DNA from: Rozella allomycis CSF55
Taxonomy: Eukaryota
Length of the DNA: 64,000 bases
NCBI GenBank assembly: GCA_000442015.1
Contig: KE561145.1
Location: forward strand, 1 to 64,000
Reading direction: 5' to 3'
This document shows, piece after piece, positions 1 through 14,768 of this stretch. The translations under genes were made by a program, and so were the position numbers. The notes below the pieces were generated by a model. That model saw nothing but the letters and a program-made list of their open reading frames with translations, did no database searches and had not been told where the DNA came from. The first letter of the stretch is position 1; the number at the start of each line of letters is the position of its first letter.

Positions 1-42
1 GCGTGACAGGCGGAGATACTCACCTCTGTACTAACGAAGAAG

Positions 43-1680
43 TTATTTATTGACTTTGCAAGTGCTTGTTGTTAACATTGCTAAATTGCATCCAAGCAGA
101 AGTATGATTGAAAATATTAAGCGGTTGTTTCCTTTCAGTAGATGTTGACTTGAAAGATGCAAAGTCATAATTGTCCCTAAAAACATTGGCTCAACAGCGA
201 CAGGATAACAATTCATAGTTGCTTCAAAGATCTTATTTCTTACGATAAAATGAATTACTGCTATAAATCCAATAAATGTTGAAATGAAATTGACATTACG
301 TAATAAATGCTTCGTTAACCTTTTCAATAAATCCGTTTTTGTTCGTCGAGGTATTTGAGTATCGATTGTGTATGGCAACAGGGCAGGACGCGTTTCTTTT
401 TCAATTTCAGGATAACTTTTAATTTTTAAAAGTAAATCCAAGACAATGCTAGCGCTTGGCCTCTCCGCAGGTTGCTTATTTAACAAGGTCTTTATCAATG
501 TGCGAATACGCGAATTTGAGCGAGTGATAAATTTTTCAATTATTTCAGAGTTTAAAGAAAGAATATCATTTCTTAGTTGTTCAATGTCGTCCAAGTTCTG
601 AAACGGCAATGATCGCTGATAAATATAGAGAAAAACCATTCCCAATGACCAAACATCGCTTTTAACATCGTAAATATCCGTATACTCACCTTGAATGTCT
701 ATTAATATTAATATTACAAAATTTACGCTCCAATAATTCTGGCGCCATAAATTCAAGGGTTCCTGTTGCTCCGGTTCGTTTCTTGCTCTTTATTTCGTCG
801 AGTGATTCACATTCACCAAAATCACTGATCAAAATGTTGTAATGCTTGTCGTTATATTGTAAAAGTAGATTCTGGGGCTTCAAATCACGGTGTATTATAC
901 CGTGTCGGTGCAAATGATCAACTCCACGAGTTATGTCAATCATAATATCTATCATTTCATTGTGGGTCAAATTATTTTTCAAAACAAAGTCCTCCAAATT
1001 TCCGCCAGTAGCTAATTCCATGAGTATAAATAGGCAGGGAATTTTCGGTCCAAAGACAGTAGGTTGTTCCATTTCCAACCAGGCATGCTTATAGCTAATT
1101 ATATTTGGATGATGAAACTTTTCAAGAATCTTGACTTCTTTCAACATTCTTACAAGCCATGTATTATTGTCACCTAATCCAATCACATTACTCAAATATA
1201 CCGACAGGGACCTTTTTAACCGCATAATCACCAAGAAATGTTTCGTTTAAGACATGTTTACACAGAAACACTGAACCGCGCAGTCCTCTACCCAATTTAC
1301 TTATTTCTTTGAAAAAATTCTTATAGTAATTCTGATTAAAAGCGGAATCAGGTAAGTGTTCTGAATAAGATTCTTGCGTATTTTCGTGTAAAATTCTAAA
1401 ATATTCGTTTTGAGCATATTTGTAATTTGCCTTAAACTAGAATGATATGTGAAAAACTACTTTGCTAAAGTGAAAAGGTCTTCTACAAGTGGGACAAAAT
1501 AAAGGAGATGGTTCCTTTTATAATTTCGCTTGTTTAGACTTACTTCTTCATCAAGAGATTCAGTGTCATTTATCGCGTTATTTCTAGCATCGTACAAAAC
1601 GGTTTGTTTATCTGATGAACGATATCTATAATATATATAAATTAAAGTTACAGGATAATGTTCGATTCAAATGAACTCAT
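43..1680 (-). CDS. IKS1: IKS1-family Ser/Thr protein kinase with C-terminal hydrophobic segments (4 tiny introns)
   Basis: Spliced model gives CPTCRRPF, AFNQNYYKNFF..LGRGLRGSVFLCKHVL, YAVKKVPVG, HRDLKPQN, ISDFGE, GATGTLEFMAPE. Confidence 0.85.
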
Positions 1681-1760
1681 TAAGCAAAATTTGCAAATTT
1701 AAAGTTTGAGAATCTATTTTGTTTTTGAAACCTTCCAGGTAAACAAATATAATAAGACAT

Positions 1761-3127
1761 ATGTCTTACACCTCCCCAAATTATAATGGACCACTTCCCA
1801 GAGATAGACCAAGAAGGATATCACATGATTCAAGTGGTTCTCAGGTGCATATTTCAAAAATGAATACGAGCCTAAGTATCAATTCATCATTGTACAAGCA
1901 GTCTTCTGGGAATGAAGAATCAGAAAAGTAATTAAAGTTAGACGTTTTGAAAGAACAGAAATAGATCCCGAGAAATTTTCGATACGTAAAGGCATTCAAA
2001 GTGCCGTAAGGTTTACGGAGAAAGTTGTGAGGTATATCTTCAAAGCTAAGATCATCAGGGAGCCCAAAAATGACTCTGAATATTTAAAGAGGCAATTAGA
2101 CAAAATTGAATTCTCCCACCGAAAAACCGTTGAGGATTATCAAACCCAAATTGTTAATTTGATTAAAGAACTCAAAAATGTTAACCAAGTGAACGAGGAA
2201 CTAAAACAAAAGTTACGAGCATGCAAAAAAGAAAAGGAGACATTGGAATTTAAGATCAGCGGTATTCTTTTACTAATTCAAAAATCAAGAGTTATCAAAT
2301 TCATGTAAAAACAGTAACTTTATCTCAAAGGAAGAAAGAGGTAATAAAGAAGATAGTGCAGATACCAAAGTGTATCCATTTAATGAATCGATTAAAGTAA
2401 ATTAATAAAGTAAACAGCATACCAGTCCATTCTAAAGAATTTTTATGAAAACCATCAAAAGAGACGCGAGAAGCTTTTGAATTCAGTTGAGATGGTGCAG
2501 GAAACGAAAAGCATTTCATTTGAAGAAAAAGAAGAATCTGACAAAATTGAAACACAGGCCGAGAAATTGGATATAAAAGAAACTCTGGTCGAAAAAATGG
2601 ATAAAAATGCTGACATCATAACGAGTCCTTCTTCGAGTGGAAAGGCAAATGACCAAAATGAAAAAGAATCAATTGAAGACAATGAGCAGGATTTGATGGA
2701 AATGTTAAATAAAATTCGTTCGGGGGAAAGCAAATCAGCAACAAGTGATTTAGAACCTCATGATTCAACGATCCATAAAATTCACACTGAAAGTTTGTTA
2801 ACGATTGATACAGACGTAGTAGTTGAAAATGAAGAATTAAATGACACTACACAAGATATTGCAGATAGCGATTCCTTGATTGATTTGAAAGTTCTACAAA
2901 ATAACGATTCCATGAACATTTCTAACTTTTCCTCATCAATTGGATTTGGCGCCAACAGTTTTACAAAGTCTGTCGAACCTGCACTTCAAGTTTCCGAGCG
3001 GCCTGACCCCCCTAAGGTTAATATTGATTCGAAACAACCACAAGCTAAAGCCTCGAAAAGAGCAATAAATGAGGCAAGGGCTAATTTAGAAAGAGCTAAT
3101 AGGCTATTAAAGAAACGTGACAAATAA
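1761..3127 (+). CDS. hypothetical coiled-coil protein (about 4 introns)
   Basis: ORF segments 2027-2308 and 2477-3127 join through 26-29 nt GT-AG introns; no recognisable domain. Confidence 0.55.
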
Positions 3128-3141
3128 ATTTTTCAGTAAAT

Positions 3142-4303
<1,162 letters not shown>

Positions 4304-4464
4304 CGCTTATTGAGTTCTTGTAAATCTTGAGGCTGAGTTTTTCACACATTGCAAAGTGAAGAATTCTGAATACTTAAATCAATAAACGGGAATTGAATAT
4401 AATTCAGATTATTTTTATTATTCTTCACTTAAGATGCCAGAAATTTCCTTGTTGGTTGGTAGCA

Positions 4465-6788
4465 ATGGTAGAACAAACGTCAACAATAACTTCAGAGTCC
4501 TCCCAGGATTTTCTGTTCAGAAAATATGGTCCATTAATCGCTTCATTGAAGAGTGGCCCATTATTGCATAATCAAGTCCGAACAATCAAAAACATGATAA
4601 TTGGCAATAGAACAAAAAAAGAAATGTTTATATCAATGGGTATTATTCCTCAGTAAGAAGATAATATTTAAAATGATCAAGGTTAATGAATTGCGCAAAG
4701 GAAACAAATCTTGATGTTGCCACATTGATAGAAATTGTTATCGTTCTGGGCAGCCTTGCTTACGGTAAGATAAAAGCGTTAATGAAATTTTAGGAAGCTA
4801 TAAAACATTGCAAGAACTGGTAGAGAATGGGGTCTGTGAATATTTATTGGAACTACTTGAAAAGTCATTCGACAATTCAAAACTATGTGAAGTTACAACC
4901 AGAGCACTAGAGGCAGTTTTACGATATCATTCTGCTCCAAGAGACTTAATTTTTAGTGTAGGAAATGTTTTACATTTGAAATAGGACACTAGGATTAAAC
5001 TGCTTGTCAAGCTATTGGAATATTCTGGGAATCAAGGCGTTGCTGAAAACTCTGCGCTAATTTTGGCAAATTGCTGTGATTTAGTTGGACATCAAACAAT
5101 GATTGCTGCTGCAGGAGCTGTTCCAAAGTTATTCAAGATGCTTCAGAATCCTTTGCCAAGAACTAGAGAATCAGCATTGGATGCATTAGGATCACTTATT
5201 CGAGATAATAGAGATCTCGGTCGTGCCATAGCTAATTATAAACGTAATGATGAATATTTTGAGCGTCTTAGTCGACAATCAAGCCTGTCCCATTGATTTG
5301 ATATTACAAATGGTTAAAGACCCGAGGCCATCTACTCGGCTACTCTCCTGCACTTGGTAAATTTACCAAAAATAATTTCATATAGCTTGACGAATCTCAA
5401 TAAAGTTTCTGTCATTGAAAATCACGATAAGACGGTGGCTATGACTGTTTTGCCCGCATTAGTTAAATTATTGAATGAAAAAATCGAGATCAAAACAAAA
5501 GCGCCTTTAATTCTAGCGTATTTGGTTAGCGACAATGAAGAGCTTCAAAAAGCTGCATGTGAATCGGATGCAGTATCAAAACTGGCATCTATAATCACAA
5601 AAGCCACAGAGACAACTCCAAATCAATTAAAAGAAGTAACGATTAATTTCTGATAATAGAGACATGTTTGTTGGCAATAGCCGCTATATCAGCTTTAAGG
5701 GAAGAGTGTAGGAAACAAGTAAAAACTAGAAACCAAACGAATGATAGGTCATTGACTGCAAATTGCTTCCACAAATCGTCAAGTCCTTGGAAGATGAGGA
5801 CCCAAGTATTCGTGCAGCTGCCTGCCAATGCGCCAAAAGTTTATCAAGATCTGTTAAAAATTTAAGAACAAATTTAATTGATTCTGGGATCGCCATTCCA
5901 TTATTAAAGTTGCTTAATGATCCCAGCTTGGATGTCCAATTAACTGCATCTGCCACGATTTGTAACGTCGTGCTTGACTTTTCGCCAATGAAAAAAGTAT
6001 AAATCTATTTTTATGGCAATAGATTGTGATTGAAAATAATGGTGTTGAAATTTTAGTTGATTTGTTAAGTCGCGTGACTAACAGCACTATGAAACTTAAT
6101 GTGGTCTGGGCATTAAAGAATTTACTGTATCAAGCGGATTCAACTACAAAGCAGAAAGTAATTTCAATTTTGACGTTTAGTCGTTTGGAAAAGTAAGAAT
6201 ATAAAATACAAGAGAGGTTAAAGACTCTTAAATGACGAAGACTTGGGGATTCAAATTCAATCTGTCAATCTACTAAGAAATCTGGTTTGTGGGAAGGAAC
6301 AAGATATTGATTTGGTTTTGAATAATTTGGGCGAAGCTAAGTTGTTTAAGATAATTGAACATAAGCTCTCATCCAATTATAACGATCTGGTTTCTCAAGT
6401 AAATTTCCCAATTGGTTTACACAAGGCAATCTTTGTCTGCGTCAATATAGCAACAGGGAATCAAAAGCATAAATCGTCAGTTATGGCTAGAGATTCAATT
6501 CTTAGAAATCTTCTTGAATGCATGGTATGGTATAATAAAATACGTTTCTAGTCACATCCTATTCCTGAAGTGCGCGTGGCTACAGTTTGGTGCACAATAA
6601 ACTTAACTTGGACCGAAGATATCGGCGCCCCTGAACATATCGCGAAATTGCGTGCAATGGGTTTTGAAGAAAAGGTAATAAAATTTCATTATTCAAATTA
6701 GCTCAAATTGCTATTGGAAGATCCGGACAGCGAAGTGCGCGATAGAGCAAGAACTGCCGTTGGGCAATTTAATGCAATCATGTCCTAA
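4465..6788 (+). CDS. ARMC8: Armadillo-repeat protein ARMC8/Vid28 (GID/CTLH complex), 12 tiny introns
   Basis: [52 protein letters not shown]. Confidence 0.85.
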
Positions 6789-6883
6789 AGATAATCCTAA
6801 TAAATAAAACAAAATAAATTGATATTAACAATGGTTTTTTAATAGGTAGTAATCATGAAATTTTCGAAATTTCTCATTCCCTA

Positions 6884-9238
6884 ATGAAAATAGATACCCG
6901 TGTTAAATATATTACACGCGAATTTTTGCAAAAAAATTGCTTGAATAACGGAAGAAATAAAATTAGTACTCTAGTTTTACGACCAAAACAGCCAACAGAT
7001 CCAAAGATAAAGGTAAAAAGCTTTTCTTGTTCTAAATAGTATATACAAAATCTAGAAGTTCTACCCGAACTAAATGAAATTGATTTTAGTGATAATATTA
7101 TAGAGAAAATAGAGAATATTGCTTGCTGCACAAAGCTAACAAAGCTATGCCTTAGAAATAATCTTCTTCGGAGTATCGATAATATTTTCCCATTGAAAAA
7201 TTTAACTTGCATTGACTTGTCAGGAAATTTGATAGAAAGAATACCAAGTGCCATTAAGCAGCTTGAAAAGTTACAGACCTTGAAATTGGCGCACAATAAA
7301 ATAGAATTGGTACTTAATTTTGCAATTAAAAAATTAGCTATCGGATTTTGAGCACTTGAAAGGACTTTGGAACTTGATGGAGCTTGATATTCACGATAAT
7401 CCTCTTCAAGGAATAAAATATTGGAGATATTTCATACTGTATCAATGTAGAAGTCTTTTATACTTGAATGATCAAGAAATTCAACAGCACGATAGAGAAA
7501 TATCATATGAAAGATTTGGGCGAGGTATTTGAATTTTCACGCGCTGAAATTTAGCTGAAAAAGAAATTCTACTTGAAAACTTTAAGAATGCAAAATGCGA
7601 GAATTTTAACATGGAAAAGCAATTAATTGATTTGAAAAACCACCAAATCAAATTAGAGGTTGAAAATAAGGATCTGAGAGAGGCGTTAAAAGTGTTTCAA
7701 TTGAGAATAAAAGAACTTGACGAAACTTTATCATTCGAAAAGCAAAAGTCGTCTCAAGAACATTCAAGAAGCGAAAAGCTAGCCATTCAGCTTACAAGGC
7801 CTGACAATCATAGTTCACAATATAATCGCGAAAATCTTCAGGCGACTTTAAATAAACTCAATTCGGTTCTTGAAGAAAAGGATAATGAAATTAAAAATTT
7901 GAAGATGGAAATTTCACATAAATTGTTCGATCAATCGTTGTTGAACCAAAATAACGAATCTAGCGTTTCAAAAGAGATCACTTCTTTAAAATCAAAAATA
8001 AGTGAATTAGAAAAAATAAATTCTGCATTAAATGATAAGTTAAAAATTTCTGAAGCAAAGCAACTTGATCTCGTTGGGACAAAGCTGGCATTGGAATCAA
8101 AAATTGATTTGGTTCTCAAAGCCTTGCCAATTGACAAACGCGATTTTTCATTTCTTCCCACTTTTATTAATGTCATAAATAAAGAAAATAATGAATTAAA
8201 GGAGCAAATTTTCAAGATGCAGCAATCGATTGCCACAAATGATCTAATTGAACAACTTGAAGACTCAAAGACAAAGAAAATGAATGAACATGAATCAGTG
8301 GATTCATTTTCATCTCCTACAATCAAAGAGCTACGAAAGCTTCGCCTGGAAATTTCNTAAATATATAGGACAAGATTTTTTTTTAAATGTATACAATTAA
8401 ATCAATAATCGTATTATTAAGGATGAGGGATCCACATCCAGAAAATTCGGAAACATGGATGGGGCTCGAGCCATGCACCTAGATGTCCTAAAGCATCTTA
8501 GTTTGCCACAAGACAACCAAGATATTTTCAGACTTTAAACCTAAAATTTCAAATTTTCTTTTTCATTTCTTCCCACTTTTATTAATGTAATAAATAAAAA
8601 AAATAATGAATTAAAGGAGCTAATTTGCAAGATGCAGCAATCGATTGCCACAAAAGATCTAATTGAACAAACTTGAAGACTCAAAGACAAAGAAAATGAA
8701 TGAAAATGTATCAGTCGATTCCTTTTCATCTCCTACAATCAAAGAGCTACGAAAGCTTCGCCTGGAAATTTCAAATTCACCAAAATTCGTGGATGCAATT
8801 AGCCAAACACACAATAACCCAAATACGTTAAAAGATAAATCAGATTTTTCGAGATTGAAAGAAAACGATTCTGTTGGAATTGAAGGTCAGGAGCGGATTC
8901 GAAAGGCGCAGCAACTAAAAACTCTAATTCATCAGAGAAAACAAAGGCTTTTGGAGATTCAAGGATTTATTCAAGATGCTAAAAGTGAAAGAATTGAAAT
9001 TCAACAAGAAATTGATAGATTAAAACTTATCAGAAATGAGCTTCGCAACGATGTGATAAATCATGGAGAAAAATCGACCATACTAGATAATGACATCCCC
9101 AAACGCGATTCTCATAGCATTAGTGATAACCATACATTCATTAAAGGTTCGAAAACCTTAGAGGGTATCGACACCATATTTTCTCCTGTGCCATTCGGTC
9201 CAAAACCCCGTTTTTTCTCACCGTCTAGCACATCATAA
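6884..9238 (+). CDS. N-terminal LRR plus coiled-coil protein (centriolin/LRRCC1-like); interrupted by an assembly gap and duplication at 8357-8772
   Basis: SDS22-type LRRs (FSDNIIEKIENI, LRNNLLRSIDNI, LSGNLIERIP) followed by a long coiled coil. Confidence 0.65.
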
Positions 9239-9341
9239 TAACATTTTACTGTATTAAATGATGAAATAAAAGGTACTTTTTTTTAAAAAAAAGTTAAAAA
9301 AATTTATTTAATAAGTAAATTTTTCTTCAAAACTTCAAGAN

Positions 9342-9860
9342 TACCCTAACCCTTTACCCTTTACCCTAACATACCCTAAACCCTAACATACCCTAAACCC
9401 TATCACTAAAGTCACGGAAATGGTGAAAGTCATTTTTTANATTAATATTGTGACACTACTGAATAAGATAGAATTTAAACTAACCCATCACCCTAACCCA
9501 TTACCCTACCCTAACCCTATTACCCTAAACCCTAACCCTTTACCCTAACATNTTAGTGATAATGTAAAAATATTTCCGAAAATTTTCGAATTTCGAATAT
9601 TTCCGAATTAATATTGTGACACTACTGAATAAGATAGTACTTAAACTAACCCATTACCCTAACCCATTACCCTACCCTACCCTAACCCTATTACCCTAAC
9701 CCTATTACCCTAAACCCTAACCCTTTACCCTAACATACCCTAAACCCTTTACCCTAACATACCCTAAACCCTTTAACCTAACATACCCTAAACCCTAACC
9801 CTTTAACCTCTACCCTAACATACCCTAAACCCTAAACCCTATCACTAAAGTCACGGAAAT
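9342..9860 (+). repeat. degenerate telomere-like (CCCTAA/CCCTAAA/TTACCC) array with repeated unique flanks, spread over three short contigs
   Basis: Direct reading; flanks attaatattgtgacactactgaataagatag and tatcactaaagtcacggaaat each occur twice. Confidence 0.9.
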
Positions 9861-11440
9861 NATTGTCATAAGTACGCCTCAACGGCAACAATCGCGTCTT
9901 TCGAGATGGACCGCTTTCCCAAAATCCCTGTCAACGCATGTCAACCCTTTTTGGAATCATGATAAGTGCGACCGGTAGGATGTCGGAATCGATGTCACTT
10001 GCCCCATGCATGAAATGTGAGTTGATGCTTTTGTAATTGCATAAATTCAAATTCTGGAGTTCATTGTTGACATCACAGATTTATTGTTAAACACACAACA
10101 AATCTAAATTGAGAAGATAATATGTGCATACATGGCAACTCGTCCATACGTACACCCGTTTGCGCGCAAACCTGAATGCATAAGGGATGCCGATCCCACT
10201 TGGCGACGAAATTTGCAGCAGGTTAAATAAGATATTGTCGCGATAATTCATGCTGTCTCGTCTATGTAATGAGGAATCGTAAGAGCGATCCCCTTTGTTA
10301 TTTTGATGGGTTAGCCACTTCGACCATTTCGTCATATGATTTTGAAGACGCACTGGCGAAATGGATGTCACCACCGCTCCAGAGCAGTGGATTCAATAAT
10401 GTGAAGACGGCACAAACACGCCGCGCGCGACCAAAAGTTTGTCAGTCTCATTAATCACCTCTTCAACGTGGCTTGTTCACACTATCGACACGTACCTTGC
10501 AGTCTTCTTCGGAAACCAAAATTATTGTAGGCGCCATCCTAGACAAATATCAGTACAATCTCCGCAGCAAGACGGACGTTCATTACGTTGGCGCAAACGG
10601 GCAGAATTTGATTGCATCTGAGAAAAGATTCATCAACTTGAAATATGTCTTAGACTCTTGGATTGTTTCAGTAAGTATTGATGTTTCCAACTTATTTGGT
10701 TTTTTGATTTCTTTTATTTCTTTTGTTGATTGGTTTTCGCGGTGGAATGAAGAAGTATACCGATTCTGGGGGCCTAAATGTTGTATTCGGACTTGCCTGA
10801 TGTTGCTAAATGATCTTCACTGCAATATATGTTTTTCATTTGGTGTGTTTGCCATTGTTGATAACGTGTTAAGACTTAAGATTAAAAACGAGGATCGCAG
10901 TGCTCGTTAACTTAACGGGCAGGTTTTCATTTCAAAATGCCTAAATATTAAAAATTATAAGAACTTCGAATATTACTGTTATCAATGATATAGTTTTTGT
11001 TACCGTACAATGCAAGAATAGGGTTACTCAGCCACAGGCAGACACCATTCGACAACCACACCGGTCAACTGTTTAAAGTGATAATGATGTATACGATCTT
11101 TAATATGGTGTCTCCTGGTGTCGCGGACGACCTTGCANTATTGGATATTTCCAGCTTTTCATTTATGTCACTTCTTATTTCACCTTCTTCATAATACAGT
11201 TCAGTAATAGAATCTTTAGAATTTTTCATTTTTAACTGGGAGANTTTTATCTCTATCTGTTAATGTAAGTTTAGTTTTTCATTTCGCAATTTAAGAAATT
11301 TCGATTTTTCAAATAACTTGGTTACTCGATTAAGCAATGTGACAATGCCAAATGATTGAATGCTGTTACTGACATGAACAAAATTACCATTTCAATCATG
11401 TCATGCTTATTTCCTGTCCTGAACATTATCCAGCCACCCA

Positions 11441-12988
11441 ATGAAAATAAGAGTTGACCTGGACAAACACAGAAAAATTTGGACCAAAATTTTTGACACG
11501 ACACTATACGGTTTTTTAGCTGCGGGAATATTTGGAGGAGTTTTTTTAGGAAGTTATTGGTTCGGAAGTAAGGCTAATATAACCGAAAATGATAAAACGC
11601 TAGATAAAAATGTTCTTGCAGAAAACATTTTGCCAATGAAAATAATGCTTTCTGGGGATCATGCATTACTTGAAGGTAATGTCTTTGAGCCCTCAAAACC
11701 GCAAATATCACCTTTTGTGGAATTGAATGGAATCTCTTTGTCAAAACCCGATGTTTCATATTCTTATCTTGATAAAGTCAATGAAGAAATAGCAGAGTCA
11801 AGTCACGCTCATGTATCCAAATTAATCGTGGAAGAAGATCATGTCACTCCATTTATTTCTGTATCATCTCCAAAACCTACAGTAAATCGCATAACTAACC
11901 TTAGCACCAAAAACGTTGAAAATGTCAGCCAAAACAAATTGGATAATCCACCGAAACCTATTTTCGTTGGCACAAACACAGTAAGAAACGGCCAAAGAAG
12001 GGAATTCACTTCCAATGCAAATGTGTTCAAAAATTATTATAAGAAACTTGAATGCCAAATTGCAGATGCTTTAAATGACAAATCTACTAAAACAACAACT
12101 CCTACCAAAGATAGTCTTAATCCAATTGCTCTGGAATCAGTACGTACCAAAGATAGTCTTAATCCGATCGCTCTTCAACCAGCACCTACCAAAGATAGTC
12201 TTAATCCAATCGCTCTTCAACCAGCAACCAAAGATAGTCTTGATCCGATTTCTCAGATGAAAATGAATAGAGGTTATTCGTATCTGAATCCTATTAGATT
12301 TGTTATCGCTGTTTTAGTCGGAATAGTCCTTAAAGTTAATGAATCCTTTATAAAGGCTATGTTAGGCAAGAAAGATCATAGAGATGTAGATTTGCCAGAT
12401 TTAGTAGATGAGCCCTTGACTTCACGCAATGTAGATGAAATTGTCCATAAAAACAAAGAAAGGAAGAAAAAAAGTCTTTATGAGAAAATAAGCTCATATT
12501 TTCAAAGAGTCAACAAGATTCCACGGCCACTATCGTCTTTGAAATATTCTGATCCCCATCAATTAGTCATGAGTTCAAATCAAAATAGCATTAGCAGCAA
12601 AAAAATTGAAGACTCCATTTCAAAATCGAATCGTTTTGAGTTTTTGAATTATTATGAAATTCTAGGTGTTTCTCCATTGGCAAAGCAGCATCAAATATCA
12701 TCAGCTTTTAAGAAACTTGCACTACGTTATCATCCAGATGTAAATATACTTTTTTGCACTAATTAGAAAAGCCGAGAAAACAATGATGAGTATTTCAAGA
12801 AAATAGTTGAAGCATACAATGTTTTGAACGATGATAAAAAGAGGGTCGAATATAACCAATTACTTCGCATAACAAACAAAAGTCCTATTGCAAGGGATAT
12901 TTTAGGGTATGGCGCCATTTTCGCTAGACTGTTTAATATTAAAAATAACTATTCCTTGCCCACTATTAAATTCAATGCTACAAAATAA
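11441..12988 (+). CDS. membrane-anchored protein with internal tandem repeats and a C-terminal DnaJ domain
   Basis: Hydrophobic N-terminal helix; NYYEILGV..AFKKLALRYHPD, then a 27-nt intron, then KSRENNDEYFKKIVEAYNVL. Confidence 0.75.
12101..12254 (+). repeat. coding minisatellite, about 3.7 copies of a 39-42 nt unit (TKDSLNPIALQPA)
   Basis: accaaagatagtcttaatcc-like unit repeated four times in frame. Confidence 0.9.
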
Positions 12989-13098
12989 ATCAAATTATTT
13001 GCAGATTTTATATTACATTATTTCATAAGCCACAAATCCATCAAAGTCACGTTTTTCGAATGAAAAAGGTACTTTCAGCCACCAAGCCACCATAAAAT

Positions 13099-13858
13099 AT
13101 GGGTCCAAAATTTTCTGTACTATTTTATTTTACTATTCTCTGTATTTGCGTTGCCTCAAGTCCTATAAAGCATGATTCAATGGCTCAAGCAAATGAAAAT
13201 ACAAGTAAGCTGTATCATACATTGGTATGTAGGTATCGAAATGCCGATTTGGGAATATCCAAAGCGAATTATATTCCCAGCGTTCAAAAGTAGTAAAGCT
13301 CAAAATGTGTTAAGCAAAATCCAATCCTTTCTTTCAAGGAAAGGGGTTTCAGAATCTATCAATCCAAATGACATCGGTACACACGAAGAAAGCAGTCACG
13401 AAAAGGTTTTGCCCCATTCATTATCTACGCCAGATATTGATTCTCTAAAAGATAGAGTACTCCAGAAAGATGGATTAGACGACAAGNTACTCCAGAAAGA
13501 TGAATTAGACGAGAAGAACATACAAAAAGTCGAAGCCCAACTTGATGGTATGAATAATGGAAGTGTACCACCTATGAATGCTAGTGTCCAAAGAGAGGAA
13601 AGTAAAGATACTCATATACCCAAAGAAAATTGCTGCCCTCGCGCAAATGTTAATGACAAAGTTCGTTTAAATAATGAATCAAATGAAATTCCACAAAGAA
13701 AAGACATAAATAATGANGACATAAATAATGAAACTATTGAAAATAAAAGCACCCTATACGTAGTCGGATTCACATTGGCAGCCCTTGTGTTTGTCAGCTG
13801 CGTTGCATTAGTTATTCGTAATTTCAAATACAAAAGCATGTTAAAATCGCATAAATAA
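13099..13858 (+). CDS. type I membrane/surface protein (signal peptide, low-complexity ectodomain, C-terminal TM)
   Basis: MGPKFSVLFYFTILCICVASSP joined by intron gtaagc...tgtag to an ORF ending LYVVGFTLAALVFVSCVALVIRNFK. Confidence 0.7.
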
Positions 13859-13879
13859 TAATAAAAACATGCTTCTTTA

Positions 13880-14679
13880 TTAAAATAGTTTTACTATTGA
13901 GTTTTTGTATAAGAGAATATATGATAGACCACTGGCCAATGTCGATGCACCAATCACATATTGTAAAACATATAACAATGCTGTATGGGATAAATCGTAT
14001 ACTTTAAAGAATAAAGTACCTCCAATAAGAGTAATTTGAAGAGCAGTATTCAACTAATTGCGAGTAAAACTAAGGCATACTTTACTAATCGTCAATGGCC
14101 TGATTTCAATTGAAGGAGTCTTCAAGTCAAAAAATTTTCTGATTGTTTTCTCTAAAGGTCAGACTATTTAGATTACCGGTGGAGTTAACATTTTGTACCT
14201 TAAATACAAAGTAGCACCTAATAGGCAAATATCTCGACCAATAATTAACGCTGTTAACCATGCTATCATAAATCTTAGANATGCTATAATAAATCTTAGA
14301 TGAATTGTAGTACTTGGGAGCAAACAAATTTTCCACAATGATAAAGTACAGCAGCTCATAAGTACTTTGTCGGCAAGAGGATCCAAAAATGTTCCCAGTA
14401 CTGTTTTCTGTCTAAACTTGCGAGCTATATATCCATCTGCATAAAATAAGAAGACTTTATTAACCATACTGCGTCGCTTAGCCCAGCAAAAACAAATCCT
14501 GTCAGGGCCAGAGGGTAGTTTTGATTCAAGATATTGTATGCAATGTAAGGAGATAAAATTAACCGTGCAGTAGTAAGTGCGTTTGGAAAAGTATATATAT
14601 TTTCTCTTTTTTTAAAGATTGAAAATGCCATCCTATTCTTTAAGATTAACTTTGATGAAAGAAAAGTATTGGACAACAT
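13880..14679 (-). CDS. CRD1: cardiolipin synthase (CDP-alcohol phosphatidyltransferase)
   Basis: ENIYTFPNALT, SDAxDGYIAR, LGTFLDPLADK, IIGRD, SKLNTALQ; has an N gap and a probable 1-nt insertion near 13930. Confidence 0.85.
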
Positions 14680-14768
14680 GATGGAATTTCTGAAAAACGG
14701 ACAACGTTTTTGGAATAGTTGCTTAATTATTTAAAAAGCTATTGTGAAATGATAATTTTGTTTATATT

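Noticed and set aside
8144-8772. Apparent tandem duplication of about 210 bp of the LRR/coiled-coil gene with substitutions and a frameshift
   Set aside because: Straddles the N at 8357. Best explained as a contig-end overlap or low-quality read rather than a real paralog.
12101-12254. CRISPR-like periodic repeat
   Set aside because: In-frame coding minisatellite with no unique spacers, in a eukaryotic context.
13925-13935. Frameshift at the SGLSY motif of CRD1
   Set aside because: One extra base in a homopolymer in a gappy region; sequencing error is more likely than recoding.
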